A DNA stretch of 64,000 bases from Saprospiraceae bacterium. Lineage in GTDB: Bacteria > Bacteroidota > Bacteroidia > Chitinophagales > Saprospiraceae. A program made the position numbers and the translations under genes. The number at the start of each line of letters is the position of its first letter. The first letter of the stretch is position 1. The stretch lies in NCBI GenBank assembly GCA_965227445.1, contig OZ245751.1, positions 4,178,499-4,242,498 of the forward strand, written 5' to 3'. The notes under the pieces are model-generated. The model was not told the DNA's origin. It saw only the letters and a list, made by a program, of their open reading frames with translations, and did not search any database. Positions 20,430 to 30,946 of the stretch are shown here, piece after piece.

Positions 20430-21518
20430 TTACTTGAGCTGAGCCGGAGGAGACAGGAAAAAGCCCAGCTTGAGATAGGGAGCATTACCCGGACGCAATT
20501 CATAGGATGTCTGTCCTGATTGGGTCGCTTCCAGGCGGGTATTAAAATTCCACTGATAACCGACCTTGGCGTTCAGCCAGACCCAGGGTACCACTCGCCG
20601 TTCCAGGCTTATGCCCGTTTGAATTTCTGAGTGGTTGAAGTGGTAAATAGAGGTACCCTCTTCCAGCGTCCGGCCGGGCATATCGACGGAGTAGGAATTG
20701 CTGTTAAACTCGTATCCAAAGAGCAGGATGGTGCTCTTATCCACATTGTATCGTCCCTTAATTTGAGCGGGAAATACCGCTTCGATCCCCCATTTATCGC
20801 TGAAGTTGCGATTGTACATAATGAATGGCAGAGCCAGCGTACGCCGGAAGTTGTGGCTGAAGGCAGCACCTACCCCCCATTCAAAGTCATCACTCTTCTT
20901 GACACCGTACAGAAAGGTAGCATTATAGGCTGCATAGCGCTGATCAAAATCCACCCAATTGGTGTAATCACCGTTCAGGCGCATTTTCAGGCGACCGCCT
21001 ACGTATGTCCGGTCATCAATGGGCTTGAGGAAATATACTCCAAATCCGTTGCTGTTCAGCTTTCGGGTATCAATGGTACTGAAATACGAACTTTCCTTTG
21101 ATAACAGCTGGCTGTTGCCAAAAGCATAGATTTCGGGCTGATAGTCATATCCCAGCAGTAGTTTAAACCCTGGTTTATTGAGCAGCGGAATCTTCAACTT
21201 GACATTTAGCCGCTGGAAATAGTCCAGTTCCTGTGGAAGAACACCCCCCAACTCACTACTACCATTGATGGGACCGCCGGCAAAATAGTTGTAGGAGACC
21301 TCAAAACCACGACCTCTCGACTTATTATCGATACCCGGATCACAAAGGGTCGGACCACTGCCATTTCGCGGCAAATCGGCTACCGCCTGTGCCCGCGCTT
21401 TGCAGGGACACAAGGTGCACCAGGTACACCAGGTAACAAAACCGATCCATATCCATCGAACTATTCGCACAGTGGTTTTCTCTTTTGTTATTACTATCAG
21501 AGGACGCAAGTCAAGCAA
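20430..21518 (-). CDS. hypothetical outer-membrane beta-barrel protein
   Basis: Alternating amphipathic strands; aromatic-rich C-terminus ...YLKLGFFLSPPAQLK. True start uncertain, and the N-terminal 40 aa of the track ORF look non-native. Confidence 0.35.
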   Translation of the reverse strand: MLDLRPLIVITKEKTTVRIVRWIWIGFVTWCTWCTLCPCKARAQAVADLPRNGSGPTLCDPGIDNKSRGRGFEVSYNYFAGGPINGSSELGGVLPQELDYFQRLNVKLKIPLLNKPGFKLLLGYDYQPEIYAFGNSQLLSKESSYFSTIDTRKLNSNGFGVYFLKPIDDRTYVGGRLKMRLNGDYTNWVDFDQRYAAYNATFLYGVKKSDDFEWGVGAAFSHNFRRTLALPFIMYNRNFSDKWGIEAVFPAQIKGRYNVDKSTILLFGYEFNSNSYSVDMPGRTLEEGTSIYHFNHSEIQTGISLERRVVPWVWLNAKVGYQWNFNTRLEATQSGQTSYELRPGNAPYLKLGFFLSPPAQLK

Positions 21519-21664
21519 CCAACGGCCTGCTTACGGGCGATCGATAACGTCCGCAAATGCCTGAACAAGTTAGCCTTATACCTTAAATATTGACTGCCGC
21601 CTCCCTAACAACTACGGAAATGCGACCGTTATTGTTCCCTTTCGACGTTTATAACCGTCCAAAG

Positions 21665-22393
21665 TCACGTAATCAGACGCTCCAGAAAGAAACCGACATA
21701 ATAAGCGACTCCAGCTGCCAGCACGCCAAGTATAAGCGTTTCAATAATTCCCTTCCAGGTAGACGTTTCCGTCACGTAGGTTTTTAGCCATCCGACGCCC
21801 ACAAAAGCGACCCCCGTACCTATGCACGTCCAGGTAAACAGGTCTCCAGGAAAGGGGCTTAGAAAATCATAGACGTAGAGTAACAGCGGGATCAACCCCA
21901 TCAGAATAAATGCCAGGTAGGTTACCAGGCCAATGGTCCAGGGTGAGCGATTGGCTTCCATCATTTCTAATTCCTCTTTCATCATAGTGTCCACCCACCG
22001 TTCGGGTTGGGCAGTGATTACATCCACCACCTGCTCCAGCAGTTTTCCCGAAAACCCCTTTTGGCGGTAAATAGTCCGTACCTCTTCCCGCCCCTCCTGC
22101 GGCCGGTTACGGACCTCTTCGTACTCCTGCTTTTGGTGTTTCAAGAAATTGTCCTGTTCCGATTTGGCCGACAGGTAGGCCCCCACCGACATGGAAAAAC
22201 CGTCGGCTAATAAATTTGCAAAACCCAGGATCAGAATGATCGACGTATCCAGTCCGGCACCTACGGCCCCCGCCACCACTGCAAAGGTAGTAATGCTGCC
22301 ATCTATTCCTCCGTATACGAATTCCCCCAGGTATTTCTGGTGCTGGTGCAGGAATCCGCCGGCACGTTCAGCTGTTCTTTCCATAATGACCAC
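21665..22393 (-). CDS. VIT1/CCC1-family iron/manganese transporter
   Basis: [24 protein letters not shown] motif of the VIT family; C-terminal TM bundle. Confidence 0.75.
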   Translation of the reverse strand: MVIMERTAERAGGFLHQHQKYLGEFVYGGIDGSITTFAVVAGAVGAGLDTSIILILGFANLLADGFSMSVGAYLSAKSEQDNFLKHQKQEYEEVRNRPQEGREEVRTIYRQKGFSGKLLEQVVDVITAQPERWVDTMMKEELEMMEANRSPWTIGLVTYLAFILMGLIPLLLYVYDFLSPFPGDLFTWTCIGTGVAFVGVGWLKTYVTETSTWKGIIETLILGVLAAGVAYYVGFFLERLIT

Positions 22394-22453
22394 AAATTCA
22401 CGGCCGGGTTGCCCGGTTCATCGAAAATAGAAAAATCCAGTCATTCCAAAGCA

Positions 22454-23629
22454 CTAGTGGCCATGCCCCCCTTCCCCGCTATCCATGGTTCCTTGTACGT
22501 AATAGGCGCCTTTTACTACCAGATTGGTATTTGCGGGATCCTCAAGCCCCCGAATTTCGAGGTACCCGTTGCGTGATCGCCCAACGGACACTTCTTTTTG
22601 GCGAAAGCCGCCATCTTCCTGAATAAATACCGAAGCCGTATTTTCCGAACGAATCACCGCCGACTCAGGTACACTCCAAACCCGGGTTGTATCGAGGTAT
22701 ATCCGCGCCTGAACGTAGGTGCCCGGCGGCAGGGCATCCGCCTCGTTGTGGAAGTGCCCGTGGACTACGGCCGTTTTATCTTCGAGGTCAATAGATCGCC
22801 CAATCCGGTATACATAGGCGGTGGAGGGGCGGTCCGTTCCAGGCACGTACACCTCCATCGGCTGGTCGCGCTTCAATTTGCGCAAATCCTTGGCGTACAC
22901 ATTGAGTTCGATGTGCTGGTGTTCTACATCGAGCACCTCGTACAGTAATTGACTATCATCGACCAGCTTACCCGGGTTCACATTGATCTGTTCGATGTAC
23001 CCACTTACGGGTGCATAGACCCCAGTGCTGGTTTGAAATTCACCGGCCAGCACCTGAGCTGTATCTATCCCGACCATGCTTAGTTCGGCCGCCAAACCGC
23101 GAAAGGTGGCCATTTGCCGGTCATAAATAGCCTCGGCCTCCTCCAGGGAGCGTTGGGAGGCAGCATCTGCTCCGGCCAGGGTTTCCTTGCGTTCAACATC
23201 TTTGCGCAGAGTCGATAGCTGAGAGGCTGCTTCCGCAAAAAGTCGTTGTTTATGGATTAACTCGGGGTGCCGTAGGGTAGTAAGTAAGGTTCCCTTGCGC
23301 ACAAAATCCCCGATTAATTGAGGCACTTTACCCACAAACCCTTTGGTGGTAGCGTACACCAAATGGCGGTTATTAGGCGGCAGTTCAATGTAGCCGGTAC
23401 ACTCGACAAAATCGCTGATTGGTCGCTGCTCCGGCGAGCCCACGCTGATGTTGGCCAGGGCCATCTGAGTACTATCCAACCGGATCAGGTCCGTTGAAAT
23501 ATTCACTTCTGAGGATTGTTCAGCGGTCTCCATATCGCCCGGGACCGGATCAGAACCGCCAGATTGATTAGCGCAGCCAGCACTTACAAAAAGGATTAAA
23601 CTTCCTATCAGGACATGAATGAGTTTCAT
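22454..23629 (-). CDS. efflux RND periplasmic adaptor (CzcB/CusB-like membrane fusion protein)
   Basis: Lipobox LFVSAGC; coiled-coil hairpin region and beta-barrel domains; 12 nt downstream of the RND pump gene. Confidence 0.75.
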   Translation of the reverse strand: MKLIHVLIGSLILFVSAGCANQSGGSDPVPGDMETAEQSSEVNISTDLIRLDSTQMALANISVGSPEQRPISDFVECTGYIELPPNNRHLVYATTKGFVGKVPQLIGDFVRKGTLLTTLRHPELIHKQRLFAEAASQLSTLRKDVERKETLAGADAASQRSLEEAEAIYDRQMATFRGLAAELSMVGIDTAQVLAGEFQTSTGVYAPVSGYIEQINVNPGKLVDDSQLLYEVLDVEHQHIELNVYAKDLRKLKRDQPMEVYVPGTDRPSTAYVYRIGRSIDLEDKTAVVHGHFHNEADALPPGTYVQARIYLDTTRVWSVPESAVIRSENTASVFIQEDGGFRQKEVSVGRSRNGYLEIRGLEDPANTNLVVKGAYYVQGTMDSGEGGHGH

Positions 23630-23640
23630 GATATTATAAA

Positions 23641-26600
23641 TTATCGGATGAAGAAATTAAGATCGATCACGGCCTGATTATATGCGTGGATCAGGTGGAG
23701 GTAATCGAGTTCGTTGCGCAGGGCTGCTTCCAGGGCCTGCACATACTGGAAATAATCGATGTCCCCGCTTTCCAATTGGCGGGTGGCCAGGTCGCGTAAG
23801 ATGCCGGCCTCCTCCCGGAGTTCAGCACCCTGGGTATCCAGTGCGTCTCTGCGGATCCGGACCGTCCGGGATTGCCCTTCCACCGAACGCAGAAGCTCTA
23901 CCCGCACCCGCTCCAACTGGTGTTGGGCTGCGATCTGTTCCAATTGCTGCTCCTGAATACGAGCTTCCCCCGCCTTGCGAAATAAGGGAATCTGTACCCC
24001 GGTAATGACTCCCATCAGGCTATATCGTGGACGTAGGCTTTGGTTGAAGTATCCTACCTGAAAGCTGGGGCCGAGTTCTTTCTCCCGCACCCGGGTCCGC
24101 AATTGTTCCATTACAACCTGTTCCTCCTGGGGCGCAAAAAGCAATTCCTGAGCAATGAGTTCCGCCGGTTGGGGAAGTGCTTCGTATGTCTCTGTCGTAG
24201 TCCAGGATTGACCGTTAAGCCAGGCTCTTTGCCGGAGTTCATTTAAGGCGGATTCAACCGCTACTCTGGCTTCCGCCAAATCCTGGTCCAGGCGAGTGCG
24301 CTGGTTACGCACCAGGGTCTGGTCCAGGCGGTTAATAGCACCGGTGCGAAGTTGCAGGTTGGTCTTGGCGACAACGGAATCCAGGGTAACACGCAGGTCG
24401 AGCAACCGGCGCAGGCGGGCCTCTTCGTACACCCAACGGTACCAGGCTTTAGTGACCTCGTACACCAGTTGGTATTCCAGTTGTTCCTGTTGGCTGAGGG
24501 CCACGTCAATACCCTGTCGAGCCATTTCCTTACGCTGTTTATCCGCCCCGATCTGCCCAAGGCTCTGTGTGATCGAGAGGTTGTAATCGATCAGGGTTCC
24601 GTCGGTTTGTCCGATCTGTAAACTGGTGCTCAAGGGAGGAATTTGTCGTGCCTGGTTCACCCCGAGTTCGGCCTGACGTACCCGAACGGCTGCCGTGCGC
24701 AGTATAGGGTGCCGCAGCGTAGCACTGTCTATGGCTGCTCCGAGTGTTAATGGTTCCGGGCTTCCGGCTTGCGCCAAAAGTTTGTGCCCGGGTAGTCCCG
24801 TAACCAGAACGATAGCCACTACCCCTGCCGCAACCTTGCGAATCGATTGGCGATTGACCAGGTAGTAGAAGATGGGCAGAACCACCAGAGTGAGCAGGGT
24901 TGCCGTGATTAAGCCCCCGATGACCACCGTTGCCAGTGGTTTCTGGACCTCAGCTCCATTCGAGGTTGATAGTGCCATAGGCAAAAAGCCAAGGGCCGCT
25001 ACGGTAGCAGTCATTAAGACGGGGCGCAAGCGGGTAAGTGCACCTTCCATGATGATTGCCCGGAGGTCACCCCGGTCATCGGTATACCACATTTCATTGA
25101 AGCGACTGATCAGGACAATGCCATTCAGCACCGCCACCCCAAATAATGCAATGAACCCGACACCGGCCGAAATACTAAAGGGCATGCCTCGAATCCAGAG
25201 GGCTACGACCCCGCCAATGGCGGCCAGAGGAACTGCAGAAAAAATCATGAGTGCGTATTTGAGTTTCCCGAAAGTGAAGTAGAGAAGTATAAAAATGAGT
25301 CCTAAAGCAGCCGGAACCGCCAGGGAAAGCCGACGCTGAGCGCGCTGCAAATTCTCAAACTCCCCTCCAAAAGTAATGGCATAACCAGGGGGGAGATCCA
25401 GGTTTTGCTCCAGAGTATTTTGCAGTTCATCGACCAGGGATGCTACATCCCGGCCCCGCACGTTTACTCCTATATTGATACGTCGGCGAGTATCCTCGCG
25501 GCTAATCTGCAGCGGACCTTCCTCGAAGCGCACCTCTGCCACTTCGCTCAGTGGAATGGGTTTGCCATTAGGTCGCCTGATGAACAACCGGTCCAGATTC
25601 ACATCCTCGCGGTATTGCTCTTGCAGGCGAACGACCAGATCGAAGGTCCGTTCATTCTCGTAAACCGTACCGGCGGTTTCTCCGGCGTAGGCCGAACGAA
25701 TGATGGTATTCAGGTCTTCGATATGCAATCCGTATTCGGCAATGCGAGCCCGGTCGTATCTGATCATTAACTGGGGTAAACCCTGGGTCTGATCCACCCG
25801 CACATCAGCGGCGCCCGGCACCCGCGCGATCAGGGGCTCCGCCTCATCGGCCAACGCCTTCAATACCTCGTTGTCCTCCCCAAATATTTTAATGGCAATG
25901 TCCGACTTGGCCCCGGTCATTAATTCGTTGAAACGAAGCTGGATGGGTTGGGTGAATTCGAAGGATGCGCCGACAACTACTGACAGGGCTTCCTTCATTT
26001 TTTCCACCAACTCTTCCCGGTCAGAGGCACTTTCCCACTCCGAACGGGGTTTCAGGATGATCATGATGTCCCCATCCTCCACCGCCATGGGATCGGTGGG
26101 TACCTCCGCCGTTCCGATCTTGGACACAACGTGGGTTATCTCCGGAAAGCGATCCAGCAGGATGCGCTCCGCCTTTGTACTGGTCCGGATGCTCTCGTCC
26201 AGGCTGGACCCGGGCTGGATGGTCATCTGCATGGCGAGGTCGCCCTCCTCCAGCGTCGGGATGAACTCCGCCCCCAGTGTCCGGAACAGCAGAACTGCCC
26301 CGACCAGTACGGCCAGGGCCAGCCCGAGGACGACGTACGGCAAACGCAAAGCACCTCGCAAAATAGGCCTGTAACCGTTCTGCAAACGCACTAACACCCG
26401 GTCAGACCAGGAATTGTGTCCCTGGATCTTTTTTTGCAACAGCAAGGAAGAAAGCATGGGGACGTACGTCAGCGAGAGGATCAATGCCCCCAGGATGGCA
26501 AAACTGAACGTCAGGGCCATGGGCCGGAACATCTTCCCCTCAATCCCAGTGAGTGTCATCACCGGAATAAAAACCACCAGAATGATAAAAACCCCGAAAA

Positions 26601-27945
26601 CTGCGGATCGGAATAGGCGGGACGCCGAATCGATGATGATATTATCCATTTTCGATTGGGATAATCGCTGTCCCGCATACTGGGAGACCAGAGCAAAGAG
26701 AACACCCTCGACAATAATTACCGCCCCGTCGACCACAATACCGAAATCGATGGCTCCTAATGACATTAGGTTGGCTGACACCCCGAACTGACGCATCATG
26801 ATCAGCGCAAAAAGCAGGGCCAATGGAATCACCGAAGCCACGATCAGGCCCGCACGCCAATTTCCCAATAGTAAAATCAAGACCACAATGACAATGAGGC
26901 CACCCTCCATCAGGTTTTTTTCAACGGTGTGGATGGCATCGGCCACCAAATCGGAGCGATCCAGGTAAGGTGTTAAGCGGACGCCCTCGGGCAGGGATTT
27001 ACGCACTTGTTCTACCCGCTCGTGCACATTGTTGATTGCTTCCGATGAGTTGGCGCCGCGCAGCATCAGGGTGATACCGCCCACTGCTTCCCCTTTCCCA
27101 TCCATTGTCATGGCCCCGTAGCGTTTGGGGCTACCAAAACCGACGGTTCCCACATCGCGAATCAGCACCGGTGAGCCCGAACGCTGAGCCACTACGATCT
27201 GCTCAATATCCTCGAGGGACTGGACGACCCCTTCCGTCCTGATGTAGTATGCATTGGTTTGCTTGGTGATATAACTGCCGCCGCTGTTCTGGTTGTTCAT
27301 AGCCAGTGCTTCGAATACTTCCGGTATGGCAATGTCATAGGATTGCAGCAGCAGAGGATCCAGAGCTACCTCGTATTGCTTCAGATAACCACCAAAGCTG
27401 CTCACTTCGATGATCCCCGGAATACCCGCCAATTGTCTTTTGACGATCCAGTCCTGTATGGTCCGCAGTCGCATGGGATCGAACTCGTGTTCGTACCCTG
27501 GTTCGACCTCCAGGACATACTGGTAAATTTCCCCCAGGCCGGTGGTGATAGGCATGAGTTCGGGTCGGCCTAATTCGGGGGGGATCTGTTGTTCGGCTAT
27601 CCCGATCTGCTCTTTTACGAATTGGCGGGCATCGAGAACCGGCATGCCCTCCTCAAATACGATGGTGACCACCGAAAGGCCAAAGCGGGAGATGGAACGT
27701 ATTTCAGTCACCCTCGGGATGTTGGCCATCGCCACCTCCACGGGGTAAGTAATAAATTGCTCCACCTCCTGAGGGGCCAGGGAGGTGGATACGGTTACAA
27801 CCTGCACCTGGTTGTTGGTGATATCGGGAACTGCATCAATAGGCAGACGTTGTGCGGAGTATACGCCGGCTATTATCAACCCTACGACTAGTAGTCCGAT
27901 GATCAGTTTGTTGCGTACGGAAAAACGTATGATCGCTTCAATCAT
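23641..27945 (-). CDS. CzcA/CusA-family heavy-metal RND pump fused in frame to a CzcC/TolC-like outer-membrane factor
   Basis: First about 1040 aa are a canonical CzcA (12 TM, MIEAIIRFSVRNKLII start). The frame continues with no stop through a signal-peptide-like RKVAAGVVAIVLVTGLPGHKLLAQA and about 390 aa of coiled-coil TolC/CzcC-like sequence. Confidence 0.8.
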   Translation of the reverse strand: MIEAIIRFSVRNKLIIGLLVVGLIIAGVYSAQRLPIDAVPDITNNQVQVVTVSTSLAPQEVEQFITYPVEVAMANIPRVTEIRSISRFGLSVVTIVFEEGMPVLDARQFVKEQIGIAEQQIPPELGRPELMPITTGLGEIYQYVLEVEPGYEHEFDPMRLRTIQDWIVKRQLAGIPGIIEVSSFGGYLKQYEVALDPLLLQSYDIAIPEVFEALAMNNQNSGGSYITKQTNAYYIRTEGVVQSLEDIEQIVVAQRSGSPVLIRDVGTVGFGSPKRYGAMTMDGKGEAVGGITLMLRGANSSEAINNVHERVEQVRKSLPEGVRLTPYLDRSDLVADAIHTVEKNLMEGGLIVIVVLILLLGNWRAGLIVASVIPLALLFALIMMRQFGVSANLMSLGAIDFGIVVDGAVIIVEGVLFALVSQYAGQRLSQSKMDNIIIDSASRLFRSAVFGVFIILVVFIPVMTLTGIEGKMFRPMALTFSFAILGALILSLTYVPMLSSLLLQKKIQGHNSWSDRVLVRLQNGYRPILRGALRLPYVVLGLALAVLVGAVLLFRTLGAEFIPTLEEGDLAMQMTIQPGSSLDESIRTSTKAERILLDRFPEITHVVSKIGTAEVPTDPMAVEDGDIMIILKPRSEWESASDREELVEKMKEALSVVVGASFEFTQPIQLRFNELMTGAKSDIAIKIFGEDNEVLKALADEAEPLIARVPGAADVRVDQTQGLPQLMIRYDRARIAEYGLHIEDLNTIIRSAYAGETAGTVYENERTFDLVVRLQEQYREDVNLDRLFIRRPNGKPIPLSEVAEVRFEEGPLQISREDTRRRINIGVNVRGRDVASLVDELQNTLEQNLDLPPGYAITFGGEFENLQRAQRRLSLAVPAALGLIFILLYFTFGKLKYALMIFSAVPLAAIGGVVALWIRGMPFSISAGVGFIALFGVAVLNGIVLISRFNEMWYTDDRGDLRAIIMEGALTRLRPVLMTATVAALGFLPMALSTSNGAEVQKPLATVVIGGLITATLLTLVVLPIFYYLVNRQSIRKVAAGVVAIVLVTGLPGHKLLAQAGSPEPLTLGAAIDSATLRHPILRTAAVRVRQAELGVNQARQIPPLSTSLQIGQTDGTLIDYNLSITQSLGQIGADKQRKEMARQGIDVALSQQEQLEYQLVYEVTKAWYRWVYEEARLRRLLDLRVTLDSVVAKTNLQLRTGAINRLDQTLVRNQRTRLDQDLAEARVAVESALNELRQRAWLNGQSWTTTETYEALPQPAELIAQELLFAPQEEQVVMEQLRTRVREKELGPSFQVGYFNQSLRPRYSLMGVITGVQIPLFRKAGEARIQEQQLEQIAAQHQLERVRVELLRSVEGQSRTVRIRRDALDTQGAELREEAGILRDLATRQLESGDIDYFQYVQALEAALRNELDYLHLIHAYNQAVIDLNFFIR

Positions 27946-28253
27946 AATTTGCTGCTCGAATTTGTTCGTGAAAAAACACCGGCTAGTGGATTGATCTGTA
28001 AATGCTTAACCATTTAACATTCAGCACCAGCAAGCGCTCCGGGCGTGAAAAAATGATCAAATGATTCGGTCAGGTCGCACTGGAACCAGATGAAAAAAGA
28101 CATCCTTTCACGTCCGGTATTTCCCCATAGGGGCATTACCGGCAGCTTACATCACGTACGCGGAAAGGCTACCATTACGGTGATTTTTGGCGGTACTCCC
28201 GTCAAAAAACATAAATAGTACTACTACGTGACACAATGGAAACTACCGCCAAA

Positions 28254-28700
28254 TCAGGCAGCAATGGGTGGTTGAAATAGCTGATCAGAATGGTCAACGC
28301 CACTTCCCAGGCCCTGACCAAAAGCGAGGGATTCAGATGCGAAATAAAAGACTACATCAGGCAAGGTTTCTCCGTGGCAAGCCATTTGAATATGACTTCC
28401 CAGATGTTGCAGAGGTAAATCCTGATGATCGGATCCCGGATGAGAGTCGGGATGTTCACCGGTCTGATAGAAGTGGATACTCAAAAACTCCAGGAAATTC
28501 ATGTCTTCCCCTTTATCCGCGGCGAGCGTCTGGTGTTCCTGGAAATGATCAATTAAAAAGGGGATTCGCGCTAACTGACAAAAATCCGAGGCCGGGAAGA
28601 AGCTTCCCAACAGTAGATAAGCGGATAATGTGATGGCAGTTAATCGCATAATTAAGGATAAGAAGCTATTTGAATTTAATCCTTCGACTTTGTTAGGCAC
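28254..28700 (-). CDS. hypothetical His-rich membrane-anchored protein (strand ambiguous)
   Basis: Minus-strand ORF has an N-terminal TM helix and HFQEH/HPDSHPGSDH His-rich stretches. A 121-aa antisense ORF overlaps it, so which strand is expressed is unresolved. Confidence 0.25.
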   Translation of the reverse strand: MPNKVEGLNSNSFLSLIMRLTAITLSAYLLLGSFFPASDFCQLARIPFLIDHFQEHQTLAADKGEDMNFLEFLSIHFYQTGEHPDSHPGSDHQDLPLQHLGSHIQMACHGETLPDVVFYFASESLAFGQGLGSGVDHSDQLFQPPIAA

Positions 28701-28890
28701 CTTTTGCGGCTACTTTTCGTTACCAAAATCCTCATTTAGCGCTGCTAAACTCCGGTTTTGGTGCCTCAATTAGCCACAATATGTACACTAACAATTTTCA
28801 AAAACCAAATTCAAACAGCTTCTAAGTGTACTAAAAAATAATCAGAAATATTGCAGGCAGGATCAATTACCCTGCCTGCAATCACTTTCC

Positions 28891-29553
28891 TTAGATGGAT
28901 TTCTTGACCAGGTAGAAGTCTACCTTTTCATCGTAGGCACCCTCGATACGCTCATTCATGGCGTCCAGCGTTTTGGGTGGAGGGACGATGGCTTTTTCGC
29001 CTTCTTTCCAGTTGACCGGCATGGCAACACCATTGGCATCAGCTGTTTTCAGGGCCAGCAGAATGCGTTTGATCTCTTCCATATTACGTCCGATGTTAAG
29101 CGGATAATACAGGATGAGGCGAATGGTCTGGCTCGGATCAATGAAGAATACGGCCCGCACAGCGGCAGTAGTGGCTTCACCCGGGTGGATCATACCGTAT
29201 TTTTTGGATACGCTCATATCCAGGTCGGCAATGATTGGGAAATCCATATAGACACCTGTATTCTGGCGTACGTTGTTTACCCAGGCCAGGTGGGAGTGGA
29301 TACTGTCGATCGACAGCCCGATCAGTTTGGTATCGTGCTTGTCGAAAAACGCTTTCTCCTGTGCAAAGGCTGACAATTCAGTAGTGCATACGGGCGTGAA
29401 GTCCGCAGGGTGCGAAAACATGACGACCCATTTATCTTTACCGTACTCCGAAAAAGTCAGATTTCCATGTGTGGTTGGAGCTGTGAAATCCGGAGCCTTT
29501 TCGCCGATCCGGGGCATGGGTTGAATGGCTGGTTGTTGGTTTTGACCTTCCAT
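28891..29553 (-). CDS. 1-Cys peroxiredoxin (Prx6-like, AhpC/TSA family)
   Basis: DFTPVCTTEL peroxidatic-cysteine motif; 220 aa. Confidence 0.85.
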   Translation of the reverse strand: MEGQNQQPAIQPMPRIGEKAPDFTAPTTHGNLTFSEYGKDKWVVMFSHPADFTPVCTTELSAFAQEKAFFDKHDTKLIGLSIDSIHSHLAWVNNVRQNTGVYMDFPIIADLDMSVSKKYGMIHPGEATTAAVRAVFFIDPSQTIRLILYYPLNIGRNMEEIKRILLALKTADANGVAMPVNWKEGEKAIVPPPKTLDAMNERIEGAYDEKVDFYLVKKSI

Positions 29554-29952
29554 AGGTTGTATAAATGTTTTATGATCTTATAAATAGGACTTTGGGCAAA
29601 GTACTTCTCTTGCGAGGTAATCAAAAGCTCCCCGAAAACCCTGACGAGATCTTGACGAAAGCCCGGGTACCCCCCAAAGCCAATACTTGCAATGTCGGAA
29701 GTTGTGCGCGAACCTTCAGTGAGCCAGATCACCGTGTAGCATTCCTTACACATCGGCGATAGCCTCAATCCGGTTTCGTCGTATTTTCCATCAAATTTGC
29801 CGAGAAAAGATGACTTTCCATCTCAAATAAAACACTTTAGACAATGTATTCGGTCGAAAACCGAGTACCCTTTTTCAAGAATCGTTTGGGGTCACCGTAT
29901 ACCACGACGTACTCGTGCCGTGCTGAACCCCACACCAAACAACACACAGATT

Positions 29953-30174
29953 ATGGGAGTCCTTGCAGGATTGATGTTTTTCAGTTTGATGATGGCCATG
30001 GTCGGTTTGTGGATCTACGCTATCGTCGACGTAGTTCGCTCCGAATTCAAGGGAGAAAATGACAAATTAATCTGGCTGTTACTGGTCATACTACTGCCTT
30101 TTGTGGGTACAATCTTGTACTTTATCATTGGAAAAGACCAAAAGACCAGTGGTCCGGGAACAGACTTGGTGTAA
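29953..30174 (+). CDS. PLD-nuclease N-terminal domain (PLDc_N) small membrane protein
   Basis: Internal ATG at 29953. Two TM helices with WLLLVILLPFVGTILYFIIGKD, typical of the cardiolipin-synthase N-terminal-like family. Confidence 0.5.
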   Translation: MGVLAGLMFFSLMMAMVGLWIYAIVDVVRSEFKGENDKLIWLLLVILLPFVGTILYFIIGKDQKTSGPGTDLV

Positions 30175-30295
30175 GCGACGCGCAGTAAACTAAGTGTCGC
30201 GTTTGGCCAGACAGGTGCTTTCTTTACCTCTCAAAAAAACACCTAGCCCATATTTTCGCACCCTGTTATACACCTATAAACCTATACACAAAGCC

Positions 30296-30934
30296 ATGCG
30301 TGAATTTCTGGAGGTAGCCCTGCTACCGGTCAACCTTTTCTACACCTTCCTGCTGCTATTCATGTTGGTGTACTGGCTGTCCGTCATCTTCGGAGCCCTG
30401 GATGTGCATTTCCTGGATTTCGATCTGGATGCGGACCTCGATGCCGACCTGGACCTCGATGCCGACGTGGATGCCCACATCGGTGGCGGATGGCTGGCCG
30501 GAACCCTCCAGTTTTTCAATATTGGCCGGGTACCCTTCATGACCATCCTTACCGTAGTGATCCTGAATAGCTGGATCCTTATGCTACTGGGTAACTACTA
30601 CCTCGGCCAGAACAGTTGGTGGTTTTTTGCCGCTGCCTTCATCCCCGTCTTATTTGTCAGCCTACTTATCGCCAAACTGATCACCACTCCGCTCATACCT
30701 GTATTTGACCGATTGAATACTGCTGCTGAACCCGTTGTGTATCTGGGACGCGAAGGGCGCCTCCGCCTGCCGGCCAGCTACGAAATGTTCGGACAGATGG
30801 AAGTCGTCATTGACGATAGCTCCTTCCTGTTAAGTGTTCGTACAACTGGTCCCGAAACGACAATACCGTCGGGGACGGATGTACGCATTGTTGACCGGCT
30901 TGAGAACGGCCAGTTTGTAATTGAAAAATGCTAA
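30296..30934 (+). CDS. YqiJ/NfeD-like membrane protein (flotillin partner) with acidic D-x repeat
   Basis: Start taken at the internal ATG at 30296. TM helices, HFLDFDLDADLDADLDLDADVDAH repeat, and a C-terminal NfeD-like OB-fold region GQMEVVIDD...VRIVDRLENGQFVIE. Immediately upstream of flotillin. Confidence 0.55.
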   Translation: MREFLEVALLPVNLFYTFLLLFMLVYWLSVIFGALDVHFLDFDLDADLDADLDLDADVDAHIGGGWLAGTLQFFNIGRVPFMTILTVVILNSWILMLLGNYYLGQNSWWFFAAAFIPVLFVSLLIAKLITTPLIPVFDRLNTAAEPVVYLGREGRLRLPASYEMFGQMEVVIDDSSFLLSVRTTGPETTIPSGTDVRIVDRLENGQFVIEKC

Positions 30935-30946
30935 AACCTCGCCAAT

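Noticed and set aside
28268-28633. 121-aa plus-strand ORF antisense to the His-rich ORF
   Set aside because: It cannot be resolved from sequence alone. The minus-strand version was kept at low confidence because it has a TM anchor and sits in the metal-efflux context.
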